64,000 bases of DNA from a virus (lineage: Duplodnaviria > Caudoviricetes). Both the position numbers and the translations under genes were made by a program. The stretch is taken from the IMG/VR virus record IMGVR_UViG_3300027974_001530; one strand, written 5' to 3'. This document shows, one piece after another, positions 17,791-27,623 of the stretch (the stretch's first letter is position 1; each line of letters begins with the position of its first letter). The notes under the pieces were generated by a model. It worked only from the letters and a program-made list of their open reading frames with translations. It was not told the origin of the DNA and did not search any database.

Positions 17791-19982
17791 TATATAAAAT
17801 AAGTTGGGTCTATTATGTTTGGTACTCCTCCAATGTTTTCGTAAATTTTAAATAGGGTTGTTACGTACTGTGAGGGATATGTTGCGGTATCATATGTCCA
17901 TATTTCAAAGTCACCACTTAAACTTGTTATTCTAAATTGATAACAAACCATTGTCCAACTATATGTTCCAAGATTTTTAGTTGGTGTGTAGTTATAAAAA
18001 TAAAAATTAGATAGGTCACATGTTTCGGCACTTAAAGATGGTATTGTCGTTAGTGGTGATCCGGAATATGGGATTGTTTGAATAACATATTTTGGGATCT
18101 CCACAGAAGCGGTCACAGTAGTTGAGGAAAAAGTATTAGTAGATGAGTTTAGTAATCTAAAACGGTAAAACGGATTATCTACTTTTGATCCAGTATTGGT
18201 TATAATTGATATATTATTTGTTACTGCCGTTGAGGAATTGTTTATAAAATCACATATCCCATTTGTATAACCACTACAATTAATGTCACAACTTCCCCAC
18301 GTTAAAGAATTTGAGATTGTTGGCATTGTAATTGACATTGTCCAAGGACCGGTCCCTCCTGTTGTTACTACTGAAGATGGGTGAATGTAGTATTCTTGGA
18401 ATCCAGTTATATCCCCACATTGTTGTGTGCCTGAAGCTAATGGTATTCTAAGATTAAAAAATCTATAATAATCAATATCTAATGGGTTTGTTGGGTTTCC
18501 CGAATAAGAAGTATAAAAATTATCCCAACTAAAGTTATAATGTTCTAAATCAGAATATGTATTAAATGTCATGACAATTAAACCCTCACCAAGAACCACA
18601 GATTTATCATATGTAATTGTATTTGTATTTGGAACATCACAAGTCGGGGTAAATATATTAAAGAATGGGTTTCCACATGTAGTTATTGGGTTATAATATA
18701 AAATTGACGTGTTTAAATCATATGGTACTGTATCATAAATAAACCCATTTATACTTCCATTATATGACGTACCGTCAATAAATCCATTATCGGTATTTAG
18801 ATATCTAAAAATATTACTATCGTTACATCCCGAAATTTTAAATCCATAATAATACCCATCACATGGTTGTGAAATTTTATTTATGGTAGATTCGACAATT
18901 CTAATTGGGGGTATTAATGTATCGTAACACAATTCACAATCAAAAGTCTCTAAACACTCACACAGTAATCCCCAATTTGTGTTATTATTTAAAGGGTTAG
19001 GGGTTATTTCTATTTCTAAATAATCCCCACTATTTACAGTAATTCCTGTTAAACATAAAACTTTTGGGAAAAGCGTATATGTTGTTAGGTTTTTTATAGT
19101 TTTTGGGGTAACTAATGGACTAAAATTTGTTTCTGATTGGTTCATCCCCATACTAATATACTCCAAAACTATAGGGACAGAATAATTAGACCCAAAAAAA
19201 GTAATTTTTAAGTCATCATAAATTTGTTGTCCCTTAAATGAATAAGCAAAATATGGCTTTAATGGATCCAAAGCAAATGTTGTCACAACAGGTTGTGGTG
19301 TTATACTTGTGGTGGCACTAAAACTAAACCCGTGAGAATAATAAGGACTTGTTGATCCAGGTCCGTTATCACAAGTTAACGCATCTACATTAACTGTAGT
19401 AGAGTTAAAACAATTAAGGTCCGTATATTCCGTTCCATTTAATTTAATTTTTTGTATTACAGGAGTATAAACTCCGGCAACTATAGGAACTTCGCTTGAT
19501 CCTGTTAATGGGTGTGTATATAAATAATCACCAACATAATCCGTCCCATATCCTGACGTGAAAGCAACTGTTGTACTTACAATTCCAGGTCCGTACCATT
19601 CAATGACGTAATCAGTTACACTAGGATCACAACTTGCGGTAATTATTCCCACTGAAATTACTCCTATTGGGTTTGTATCATAAAAATCAAATCCAATATC
19701 ACAACTAACACATAATGGATTAATGGTTGTTGTTGATGTTGTCGATGTTGATGTCGTGGTCGTTCCTTGGAACGTTTGACAATATTCACAATTTGCTGCG
19801 TCTATAATTTTAACACCAAAAGATGAATATCCACTATATGGTCCTGGAATTGTTATTGTTGCGGGGACAGAACTAATTGTATCAACTAAAGTACAATCTA
19901 TATCAGGACAATCTCTACATACATACACATCAACAGGATATGTTACTTGTGATATATTTGTTATATTAACTTCTAAAGGCAT
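17790..19982 (-). CDS. Cys/Thr-rich putative virion surface protein
   Basis: 730 aa; N-terminal paralogous module YPVDVYVCRDC...GVKIIDAANC followed by a TTTTSTSTTSTTT linker. Confidence 0.65.
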   Translation of the reverse strand: MPLEVNITNISQVTYPVDVYVCRDCPDIDCTLVDTISSVPATITIPGPYSGYSSFGVKIIDAANCEYCQTFQGTTTTSTSTTSTTTINPLCVSCDIGFDFYDTNPIGVISVGIITASCDPSVTDYVIEWYGPGIVSTTVAFTSGYGTDYVGDYLYTHPLTGSSEVPIVAGVYTPVIQKIKLNGTEYTDLNCFNSTTVNVDALTCDNGPGSTSPYYSHGFSFSATTSITPQPVVTTFALDPLKPYFAYSFKGQQIYDDLKITFFGSNYSVPIVLEYISMGMNQSETNFSPLVTPKTIKNLTTYTLFPKVLCLTGITVNSGDYLEIEITPNPLNNNTNWGLLCECLETFDCELCYDTLIPPIRIVESTINKISQPCDGYYYGFKISGCNDSNIFRYLNTDNGFIDGTSYNGSINGFIYDTVPYDLNTSILYYNPITTCGNPFFNIFTPTCDVPNTNTITYDKSVVLGEGLIVMTFNTYSDLEHYNFSWDNFYTSYSGNPTNPLDIDYYRFFNLRIPLASGTQQCGDITGFQEYYIHPSSVVTTGGTGPWTMSITMPTISNSLTWGSCDINCSGYTNGICDFINNSSTAVTNNISIITNTGSKVDNPFYRFRLLNSSTNTFSSTTVTASVEIPKYVIQTIPYSGSPLTTIPSLSAETCDLSNFYFYNYTPTKNLGTYSWTMVCYQFRITSLSGDFEIWTYDTATYPSQYVTTLFKIYENIGGVPNIIDPTYFI

Positions 19983-20009
19983 ATATTATATATGTTTAAT
20001 TTTATTTTT

Positions 20010-23000
20010 TTAAGGTATAAAACTTATTGTTTCACACGATGATATTTGAGATGCCCCCCCAAACGGTATTGTTGCGGTTTGTAAATATGTTAAAGTATAT
20101 GGTGAATTTTCATCTATTTGATAGACTTCTCCCCCATTATTTAATATATGTATTTTACCTGAGTCAGTGAATAAACCGTATGGGTTTAGTATGGTTGGGG
20201 ATATTAATTGGTCAAATTCTAATGTTCCTGTTGAGTAGTCATACTGTGAAATATATCTGTCAAACCCAATTTGGGTTGTTAATATTAATTTATTACTTGT
20301 TGTATAAATAAAATCCCCTGAAATTGTTCTACCCGCAGGTATATTAAATTTATTTGTTACTATGGGACTAACACCACTTATATCAATTTCTACCACAGTT
20401 TGAGGGGTACTAAAATTTGTAACTCCTGTTGTTGTGATAAGAGTAGTATCATCAATTGCGGTTAATCCAGCACCAATAGTGCAGTTACTAATAACAATAT
20501 TTCTATTGTAAGACCCACTAAATGGACTTAAAATTATGTCATATTCTGTTATTGCACTTGTGGATGCATAACTTAACCACATTTTATTTGAGGTATGTGC
20601 AATATCTCCAGGTCCAGCATCTAAAGTTCCACTTATAAATGGTGTTAATAATATATTAGTATTTGTTAATGGATAATAAACATATATACTATTGTCCAAA
20701 TAAAAAGATGTCATTATATCACATGTCAATAAATTTGGTGGTGTAGGAGGTATAGGGGATGGGGTTGGTGTAACAGGAGGCCCACAAACATCGGCAACAC
20801 AAGTATATAGAGATAAACTATAACCACCTGTACCACTATCTAATGTAGGTACGGTACTTGCACAAACATATGTTGTTGCGCCTCTTCCAACCCCAACTCC
20901 CTGAGGAATAGGTTTACAATCGGTATAACTAAATGTTGACCCAGTTGATGCCGAACCACCACTTAACTCATAACAATCACAAGGAAAGGCCGGAGTTTGG
21001 GTTGGTGTTGGTGTTACTGTTGGTGTTGGTGTTGGATTTAAACAGTTACCCAAGGTTGAGTCTTCTATTACACATCCAAAGGCAATCATAAGATCAGTAA
21101 CCCATGGATACGTTACATTACTTTCTGGAAAATATGATGGATTATCATTATGTTGTAAAATTATTGTTGGTGCCGAAATGTTAACATGTTCCCATCTGTT
21201 TGTTATATCATTCCAATATACAATACTGTTACAACTTGTTGTACAGTCTGATTGATAAATTATATAGTATGGTTTACCGTTTATTATACCAACAGGATTT
21301 AAACTACAATCCCAAGAAGGTAATACCATTAAGTCAGTATTTACGGTAAAACACATAATTGTTGCGGGAGTTGCGGTTGGGGTTAACGTTGGTGTAGGTG
21401 TAACGGTTGGTGTTGGCGTTAATGTGGGCCCCACTAATGTCATATCTGCATTAAACCCTAAACATTCAGGTGCCTTACCACAATCTTTACAAGAAATTAA
21501 ATATTCAATTAGTAAATTGATTTTAACGTTTGTATCCCCTAAATCATTAAAATTTGTTAACTGACAATCCTTAATTTTCTCATTACAGTTATTTGTGATT
21601 GTTATCTTATTTTTTCCAAGATCAATTATAACATCACCAATTTCAGGATATTCTTGTATTGTGTCTTTAAGACTTTGTATCCATATTGTGTCCGCATATT
21701 GAGCAAAACTACCACCTGTATATGTATAAAATAAATCTTCTTTTATAACCCCATCGATTTCTACTTGGGTTCTGAATGTCGCATTTACAATATAACAACC
21801 AATATCTCCTGATGTTAGATCAAAAAACCCTTCATTCATCATTTGTAGTATTCCTCTCTTACCATATATTCCGGTATTAACAAAATCATCAGAACATACT
21901 GTATATGAAGCATAACTAGTTGTTAATTCAGTACCATTTAATATTATTGTATCACTTTTTAAACAACCTTCACTATCTGTCACTAATACAGAGTAATTTC
22001 CATTTGATAACCCCGTTAAATGTAGTCCTGTTTGAGCCCCAACATTTGAACTCCAAACAATTGTGAAAGGTGGTACTCCACTTGTTATATTTAAATAAAT
22101 TTCACCGTCATTACCAATAGTTGGTTGTACACCAACTAAAGTAAAATCAACAGGTTGGGAATCTGCAATATAGAAATTTTCAGTTTGTGTACAGGTAGGT
22201 GATCCCGAATCTGTTACTGTTGCAACATAAAACCCAGAACTTAAATTGTTAAATACATTTGTTAATTGGGTTGTTGTTGTAACGGGTGTTCCTCCTGATA
22301 AATTATATGATAACGGTAATGTTCCTCCTGAAGTAGCGGTTATTATTGCGGTACCATTATTTAAACCACATGTTGTATCTGAATAACTTACTGATATTTC
22401 ATATTTATTTACATTTACAACAGTAAAATGTCCAGTATATATACATCCCGAATTATTAGGGACATCTTGTATTAATATTGTATAACTTCCACTTTCTAAA
22501 CCAAAAAAATCACAAATTGAGTTTGTGGTAGTTACGGTAGAATTTCCGTTGAAGTCATATAAAGTGTATTGGTAGTTTCCCGGAGATAGTCCATTATTTA
22601 ATTCTATGTGAACAGATCCATCACTTGAATTACAATTAGAGTTTGTTACTGACATTGTCGTAACAATAAAACCATTTGGTGTTAATAACGAAACGGAACT
22701 TATCACATTACAAAGTCCTGCATCTGTTACTGACACTGTAAATACTCCCGAAGATAAACCTGTAAAAGTATAGATATTACTATACTGTATTGTTATTTCA
22801 CCGTTTGAACCTGAAAAATAATAAGGTGCGGTTCCTCCTGAAACAATAACCTCAACCTCTCCATCATTTGAAAAACAAGAGGGTTGTATTGTTGTTAACA
22901 TTGCGGCAACTCCCAAATCAGGAACATCAGATAGTACAACACTTTTAGTTATCGTACATCCTTCAAAGTCGGTTATTGTAAGTGTGTAGGTTCCCAAAGT

Positions 23001-23681
23001 TAGTCCTGTAACTTCAGGGCCTGTTTGCGTTCCAACATTAGGACTCCAACTATACGTATAAGGCGGATTTCCTGTTAGACCTGTCACAAATATTTTTCCT
23101 GTACCATCAATAGGTACACAACTTGCATCATTTACAACATATAGACCAAAGTCCAAAGGACTTGTTTCTTTAATTAAACAAACTTCACTTCTTCCTGTAC
23201 ATCCACCACCATCATCACCGATCACATAATATAGTCCTGGTGAAAGATTTGTAAAAACATTACTTGTACTGTCACCACTTGTTATATACCCTAAAGTGTT
23301 TTCGTATAAATAAAACGATCCAACACCATAATAATTTGTTGTTGATGCGGTAATCGTACCATTATTTAGTCCACAAGTAGTCCCACTACTTTCTATAGAC
23401 ACACAGGTTCCTGAAGATATTGTAAATTCAACATATCTAGGAATAAAAGGTGGTTCTAAACAACTATCTATAATCTCTAAAATATAAGTATCAGGAGTTA
23501 GACCTGTAACAAAATAAGTTGTTGTATTTGATGATAGCGGTAATAAACCTGATGTTGATATCTCACTTACAGTATAATTTGGGGATCCTCCTGTAATAGA
23601 AAAGGAAACTCCCCCAAATCCTGAGTTTGTGCAGTCTCCACTTACACTATAATTATATATATTTATTGACCCACAACTCAT
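20010..23681 (-). CDS. large fibre/adhesin-like virion protein: about 7 SprB-like repeats, Pro-Thr linkers, C-terminal beta-propeller-like region
   Basis: Repeats of C...G.I.V...GG..PY.Y.W...TGL..G.Y.V.VTD..GC in aa 20-585; three PT tracts. Confidence 0.7.
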   Translation of the reverse strand: MSCGSINIYNYSVSGDCTNSGFGGVSFSITGGSPNYTVSEISTSGLLPLSSNTTTYFVTGLTPDTYILEIIDSCLEPPFIPRYVEFTISSGTCVSIESSGTTCGLNNGTITASTTNYYGVGSFYLYENTLGYITSGDSTSNVFTNLSPGLYYVIGDDGGGCTGRSEVCLIKETSPLDFGLYVVNDASCVPIDGTGKIFVTGLTGNPPYTYSWSPNVGTQTGPEVTGLTLGTYTLTITDFEGCTITKSVVLSDVPDLGVAAMLTTIQPSCFSNDGEVEVIVSGGTAPYYFSGSNGEITIQYSNIYTFTGLSSGVFTVSVTDAGLCNVISSVSLLTPNGFIVTTMSVTNSNCNSSDGSVHIELNNGLSPGNYQYTLYDFNGNSTVTTTNSICDFFGLESGSYTILIQDVPNNSGCIYTGHFTVVNVNKYEISVSYSDTTCGLNNGTAIITATSGGTLPLSYNLSGGTPVTTTTQLTNVFNNLSSGFYVATVTDSGSPTCTQTENFYIADSQPVDFTLVGVQPTIGNDGEIYLNITSGVPPFTIVWSSNVGAQTGLHLTGLSNGNYSVLVTDSEGCLKSDTIILNGTELTTSYASYTVCSDDFVNTGIYGKRGILQMMNEGFFDLTSGDIGCYIVNATFRTQVEIDGVIKEDLFYTYTGGSFAQYADTIWIQSLKDTIQEYPEIGDVIIDLGKNKITITNNCNEKIKDCQLTNFNDLGDTNVKINLLIEYLISCKDCGKAPECLGFNADMTLVGPTLTPTPTVTPTPTLTPTATPATIMCFTVNTDLMVLPSWDCSLNPVGIINGKPYYIIYQSDCTTSCNSIVYWNDITNRWEHVNISAPTIILQHNDNPSYFPESNVTYPWVTDLMIAFGCVIEDSTLGNCLNPTPTPTVTPTPTQTPAFPCDCYELSGGSASTGSTFSYTDCKPIPQGVGVGRGATTYVCASTVPTLDSGTGGYSLSLYTCVADVCGPPVTPTPSPIPPTPPNLLTCDIMTSFYLDNSIYVYYPLTNTNILLTPFISGTLDAGPGDIAHTSNKMWLSYASTSAITEYDIILSPFSGSYNRNIVISNCTIGAGLTAIDDTTLITTTGVTNFSTPQTVVEIDISGVSPIVTNKFNIPAGRTISGDFIYTTSNKLILTTQIGFDRYISQYDYSTGTLEFDQLISPTILNPYGLFTDSGKIHILNNGGEVYQIDENSPYTLTYLQTATIPFGGASQISSCETISFIP

Positions 23682-26680
23682 TGGTTACAAAGTAGATTAA
23701 AGTTTATTCCAACATTTATTTTAAAATCTTGAGTAACACTTAATGGAATACAATTACCATTATATACAGTAACAGTATCATCAGTATTAATAACATAATT
23801 TAAACCTTCTGATTGTAAATTACTTAAACTCGATTCAAGTGCGGTTATCCAATCGTTTTGAGATGGGTAACTAGCAATAGGACTTGTATTACCATATCCC
23901 GTAAAAAATTCATCATGAACTAAAGTATTACCATTTAAAACTAAATCAATATACCAAGTACTTTCTAATGAATTAAGATCACAACCAGTCAAAACATATC
24001 CTTGAGATTGTAATAAACTATTTAACACAACCGCAAATGAGGTCACTGTTGGATTAGACCCCCAAGGATAGATAGGACAAGTAACTTCTTGTATAGGACA
24101 ATCAACCGCAAATAATTGACCAACCAACGCACAAGGTTTACATGGTATTGGAACTATTTGACAACCCATTTGTCTTCTCCAAACAAATTTTTGTCTATGA
24201 AATATAGAATTTTCCAATCTTACTCCTGATGTTACCAATGTTGTTGCTGGTATCATTTGTCCAACTAATTTTATCCAATAATCGCCTATTCCATTAACAT
24301 AGTCGATCATTGTTCTATATGTAAAGTTATCGTTAGGGATATTAATCGCCTGTTCAGATTCTAAGTATTTCCAATATATAGACTGTAATGTTGGGTATCC
24401 TCCTGTTTTACCATCGGTAATAAATTGTCTATTTCTAACATTGATCATGTTATGCCAAAATGTTTGAGCAAACTCAAAGAATGTTTTTTGTTTTGGTTTT
24501 GGGTTAATTTCAGTCCAATCTATACCTCCCCTATTTGGGTATGGTCCGTTTGGATTAGGGTTACAATATGTTGGTTCAACATAGTCTAATCCCTCATTTG
24601 GTATTGGGTAATTATACTGTCTTGACATTGACCAAACATCATAAACCAACCCTTGAGCCGGATTTAAAAATACGTCAACATTTTTAACGTTTACAACAAA
24701 TCTTTCATCATAAACCCTATAGTATGCAGTAAATCCACCATCAGACGTATTTCTTAAACCAACATTATCAATAGTCCAACTTTTTTTATTATCAATTACT
24801 TTAACTAAATCATAACCTAAAGACATAAATGGAAATTTACGATACCTATCAAGGTATGTTTGACCATAATTAAATGGTAATAGAACAGTTTGGTAATTAG
24901 GGTTTTGACCAACAAATACTTGATTTGTCTCTACAACTTGTTCAGGCATGTGATGATCAGGTGTTGATTCATACCAACCTCCTCCTATTTGGAAGAAATA
25001 CCCTTCGCTTTCTTGTGCTGCGGTTGGGTAACCTAAACTATCCATTGGATAATCTAACCTTGTTGTTGTTACTCCACTAATAGTCGTTTGTAATGTAAAA
25101 CCGCTATATAGGACTCCCATTATTGAAAATGTATCTGTAGGGTCTGAAACAGGAAGTTGTTGTACATACAGACCACCTGAAATATTTAAATATTGATTTT
25201 CAAACTGAGAAAGGTTTATTCTTTCATCTGCAATGTATATGTATTCATTAAAATCAATTAAAGCCTCAGGTGCTCCAATCAATCTTAATAAAATTTCAAT
25301 AGATCTTCTTGTTCCCTTTGATTTAAACAAATAGGCGGCATTTAAAATTAAATTTTTATAGAATTGGTAATTAATTTCATCAGGAGTTAACGCTCTTGAG
25401 TATCCAGGAAAATTACTTTCTTGATTGGTACCAAAAATTGAATCTAAAAGCGATTCATTACTTATTGGTGAAATGTTTGTTTTCCACCCTAATGTTTCTG
25501 CAAGATTTTTTAATAATTGTGATGGTATGTCATTACCTGTATTGTAATTAACGGATGTCATATTTGCCAATGACATAACAAATTTTCTCACCTCATCAAA
25601 ACTTCTTCCGTATATCTGTAATACCTTTTCTAATTTTCTATCACCAGTATCAAATTCTTTTAATGCTCCTGTGGTTAAAAACCTTGATATTAAATTAGTA
25701 TTATATGAGTCTAAGTTTTCACATAAGTCATTTAAAGTTGTTAAATATTTATCAAAATCGTTAGTTCTAATATCTAAATTCCACAATCCATCCAAAGGCC
25801 ATGTAATGTTTTGACTTGTTGTTGTGTAAGTACCATCATTGTTTTCTTGTGGAACTTGGAAAGTTGCGGTATAAATTGGTTGTATTAATCTATTTAAAAG
25901 AAATTTTTCTACCTCATCAAAAAAATCATTAAACGATTTTTCCGTATAAGTAGTGTTGGGTCTTAATATGATATTATCTGTTGTTGCGGACATCCCTGAA
26001 AAAGGATTTCCATTTACATAAAGTTTTAAATAATTATCAGTTTCATCAGTAGGATCTAAAAATACTACGTTATATTCGGAATTATTAACAAATATTGAAT
26101 AGTTCCTATATTGAACTGTTAAATTTCTTAAAGGTGATTGCTCAACCTCACTTAATTCAAAGTTTCTTGTTGCGTTTGTTGTAAAATCAATATCAAATGG
26201 ATTTCTTATCCAATTTAAAGGTATCTCTAAATATGTTTCATTTAAAATTTTGTTATATAAAATATTAACTGCCGTTAGTCCTGTTTGAAAATTAAGGTTA
26301 TTCTTTAAACATTCTACGGATGCCGGAAAATAATTAATTATTCTTGTTATAGACGTTGAAATTCTTTTTGTTAGTGATCCAAATAATGTAAAGTTGGTTA
26401 TTTCACTTAAATCAAAATTTGGGTAAACTTGTAAATTTTTAGCAATTAAGACTTTTGACTCTTCGATACTTTTTAAATCTAAATCAGATAAACTTATCGG
26501 ATCTGAAAAAGCACCAATATTAAATGTTCTGTTTTGTTTTTCAGTAATTCCTGTTGTGAACTCAAAATTAGCGTTAGTTAATCCCCCACCGGCAACTAAT
26601 TGAACCCCAACTAAATCGTCAGAAAATGTACTATCTCCTGTATCAGTTTGTGGAGGCCATTTATATTTTATTACTGCCAT
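23678..26680 (-). CDS. baseplate wedge protein (P2 gpI / T4 gp7-like domain)
   Basis: LLKNLAETLGWK...AYLFKSKGTRRSIEILLRLIG resembles gpI-like wedge proteins; lies in the baseplate cluster. Confidence 0.6.
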   Translation of the reverse strand: MAVIKYKWPPQTDTGDSTFSDDLVGVQLVAGGGLTNANFEFTTGITEKQNRTFNIGAFSDPISLSDLDLKSIEESKVLIAKNLQVYPNFDLSEITNFTLFGSLTKRISTSITRIINYFPASVECLKNNLNFQTGLTAVNILYNKILNETYLEIPLNWIRNPFDIDFTTNATRNFELSEVEQSPLRNLTVQYRNYSIFVNNSEYNVVFLDPTDETDNYLKLYVNGNPFSGMSATTDNIILRPNTTYTEKSFNDFFDEVEKFLLNRLIQPIYTATFQVPQENNDGTYTTTSQNITWPLDGLWNLDIRTNDFDKYLTTLNDLCENLDSYNTNLISRFLTTGALKEFDTGDRKLEKVLQIYGRSFDEVRKFVMSLANMTSVNYNTGNDIPSQLLKNLAETLGWKTNISPISNESLLDSIFGTNQESNFPGYSRALTPDEINYQFYKNLILNAAYLFKSKGTRRSIEILLRLIGAPEALIDFNEYIYIADERINLSQFENQYLNISGGLYVQQLPVSDPTDTFSIMGVLYSGFTLQTTISGVTTTRLDYPMDSLGYPTAAQESEGYFFQIGGGWYESTPDHHMPEQVVETNQVFVGQNPNYQTVLLPFNYGQTYLDRYRKFPFMSLGYDLVKVIDNKKSWTIDNVGLRNTSDGGFTAYYRVYDERFVVNVKNVDVFLNPAQGLVYDVWSMSRQYNYPIPNEGLDYVEPTYCNPNPNGPYPNRGGIDWTEINPKPKQKTFFEFAQTFWHNMINVRNRQFITDGKTGGYPTLQSIYWKYLESEQAINIPNDNFTYRTMIDYVNGIGDYWIKLVGQMIPATTLVTSGVRLENSIFHRQKFVWRRQMGCQIVPIPCKPCALVGQLFAVDCPIQEVTCPIYPWGSNPTVTSFAVVLNSLLQSQGYVLTGCDLNSLESTWYIDLVLNGNTLVHDEFFTGYGNTSPIASYPSQNDWITALESSLSNLQSEGLNYVINTDDTVTVYNGNCIPLSVTQDFKINVGINFNLLCNQ

Positions 26681-27588
26681 TATTGTGTTATATTTGCAAA
26701 GTTTTTACTAAAATCTATGTTATCACCTCTATCTTGTTTTACTTCATATAAAAGTTCGTTATATTGATCTCTAATTTCAAATAAATTGTATTGTTTGTAA
26801 ATGTTATTCTGAGTATCGTAAAGTGTATAAATTCCATCATTAAGAGACTTAGTCTGATTACCAAACAAAGAAATTGCCAATGTGGAAATGTCGTGTTCAA
26901 CCATTTCAATCTCCATAGTAACAGGATTAAAGAATGTATTACTTATTATTATTTCTTGATCTGGTTGACCAATAAATGGTGTTGCGTTTGGTTTGTTAGA
27001 TGGTGATGAAGAAGGTGATAATGTACAAAATATTAAATTTGTAACCCCATTCACATATTGATATCTAACAGTGCTTGTTGAGGTGTTTGTGGTATTTTGG
27101 ACCACGGGTTCGCAGTAAAAAGATGAGGTAACTATTCTGAAAAAATTTGGTATTTTAGCCCCACTTGTCTGTAAGTATTCAACCCTATAACCAATTAAAC
27201 CTTGATTAACAAATTTATCTCTGAATGAAACGGGAACGTTACTTATATCTATTACTATCCCTTTTATGTTTGGTAGTGCTGCCAATATACCACAATCAGT
27301 TATTCTAGTTCTAATTTCTGCGGGTCTTATATATAATGTATAAATCCCTAATTGATTAAAAATATTTGATGGTAGTCTTAAATTATATAGTCCACCTAAG
27401 ATTTCTACACCTGAATTACCTCCAGTATTTGTGTTGTGAAAATAAGGGGTCAAAACCGCAGAAGAATTTAATTTTGTCAACTGAAAGTTGTTTGTAACGT
27501 CTCTTGACTCCGTATAATTTAATATAATATCAACGTCAGTTGGACTTACGTCCGCCGGTCTTATTGTTCCATATGTTCCTGTTGCCAT
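26680..27588 (-). CDS. putative baseplate/tail structural protein
   Basis: 302 aa, TAATG-coupled, TATTTAT at 27610-27616. Confidence 0.55.
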   Translation of the reverse strand: MATGTYGTIRPADVSPTDVDIILNYTESRDVTNNFQLTKLNSSAVLTPYFHNTNTGGNSGVEILGGLYNLRLPSNIFNQLGIYTLYIRPAEIRTRITDCGILAALPNIKGIVIDISNVPVSFRDKFVNQGLIGYRVEYLQTSGAKIPNFFRIVTSSFYCEPVVQNTTNTSTSTVRYQYVNGVTNLIFCTLSPSSSPSNKPNATPFIGQPDQEIIISNTFFNPVTMEIEMVEHDISTLAISLFGNQTKSLNDGIYTLYDTQNNIYKQYNLFEIRDQYNELLYEVKQDRGDNIDFSKNFANITQ

Positions 27589-27623
27589 GTAATTTTACTT
27601 TGTTATTTTATAAATATTAATAA

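Noticed and set aside
7331-23681. Eukaryotic or giant-virus origin suggested by mucin-like, Cys-rich proteins and a plant-like glycosyltransferase
   Set aside because: No introns, operonic coupling, bacterial-type promoters and terminators, and contiguity with sheath, tube and baseplate genes.
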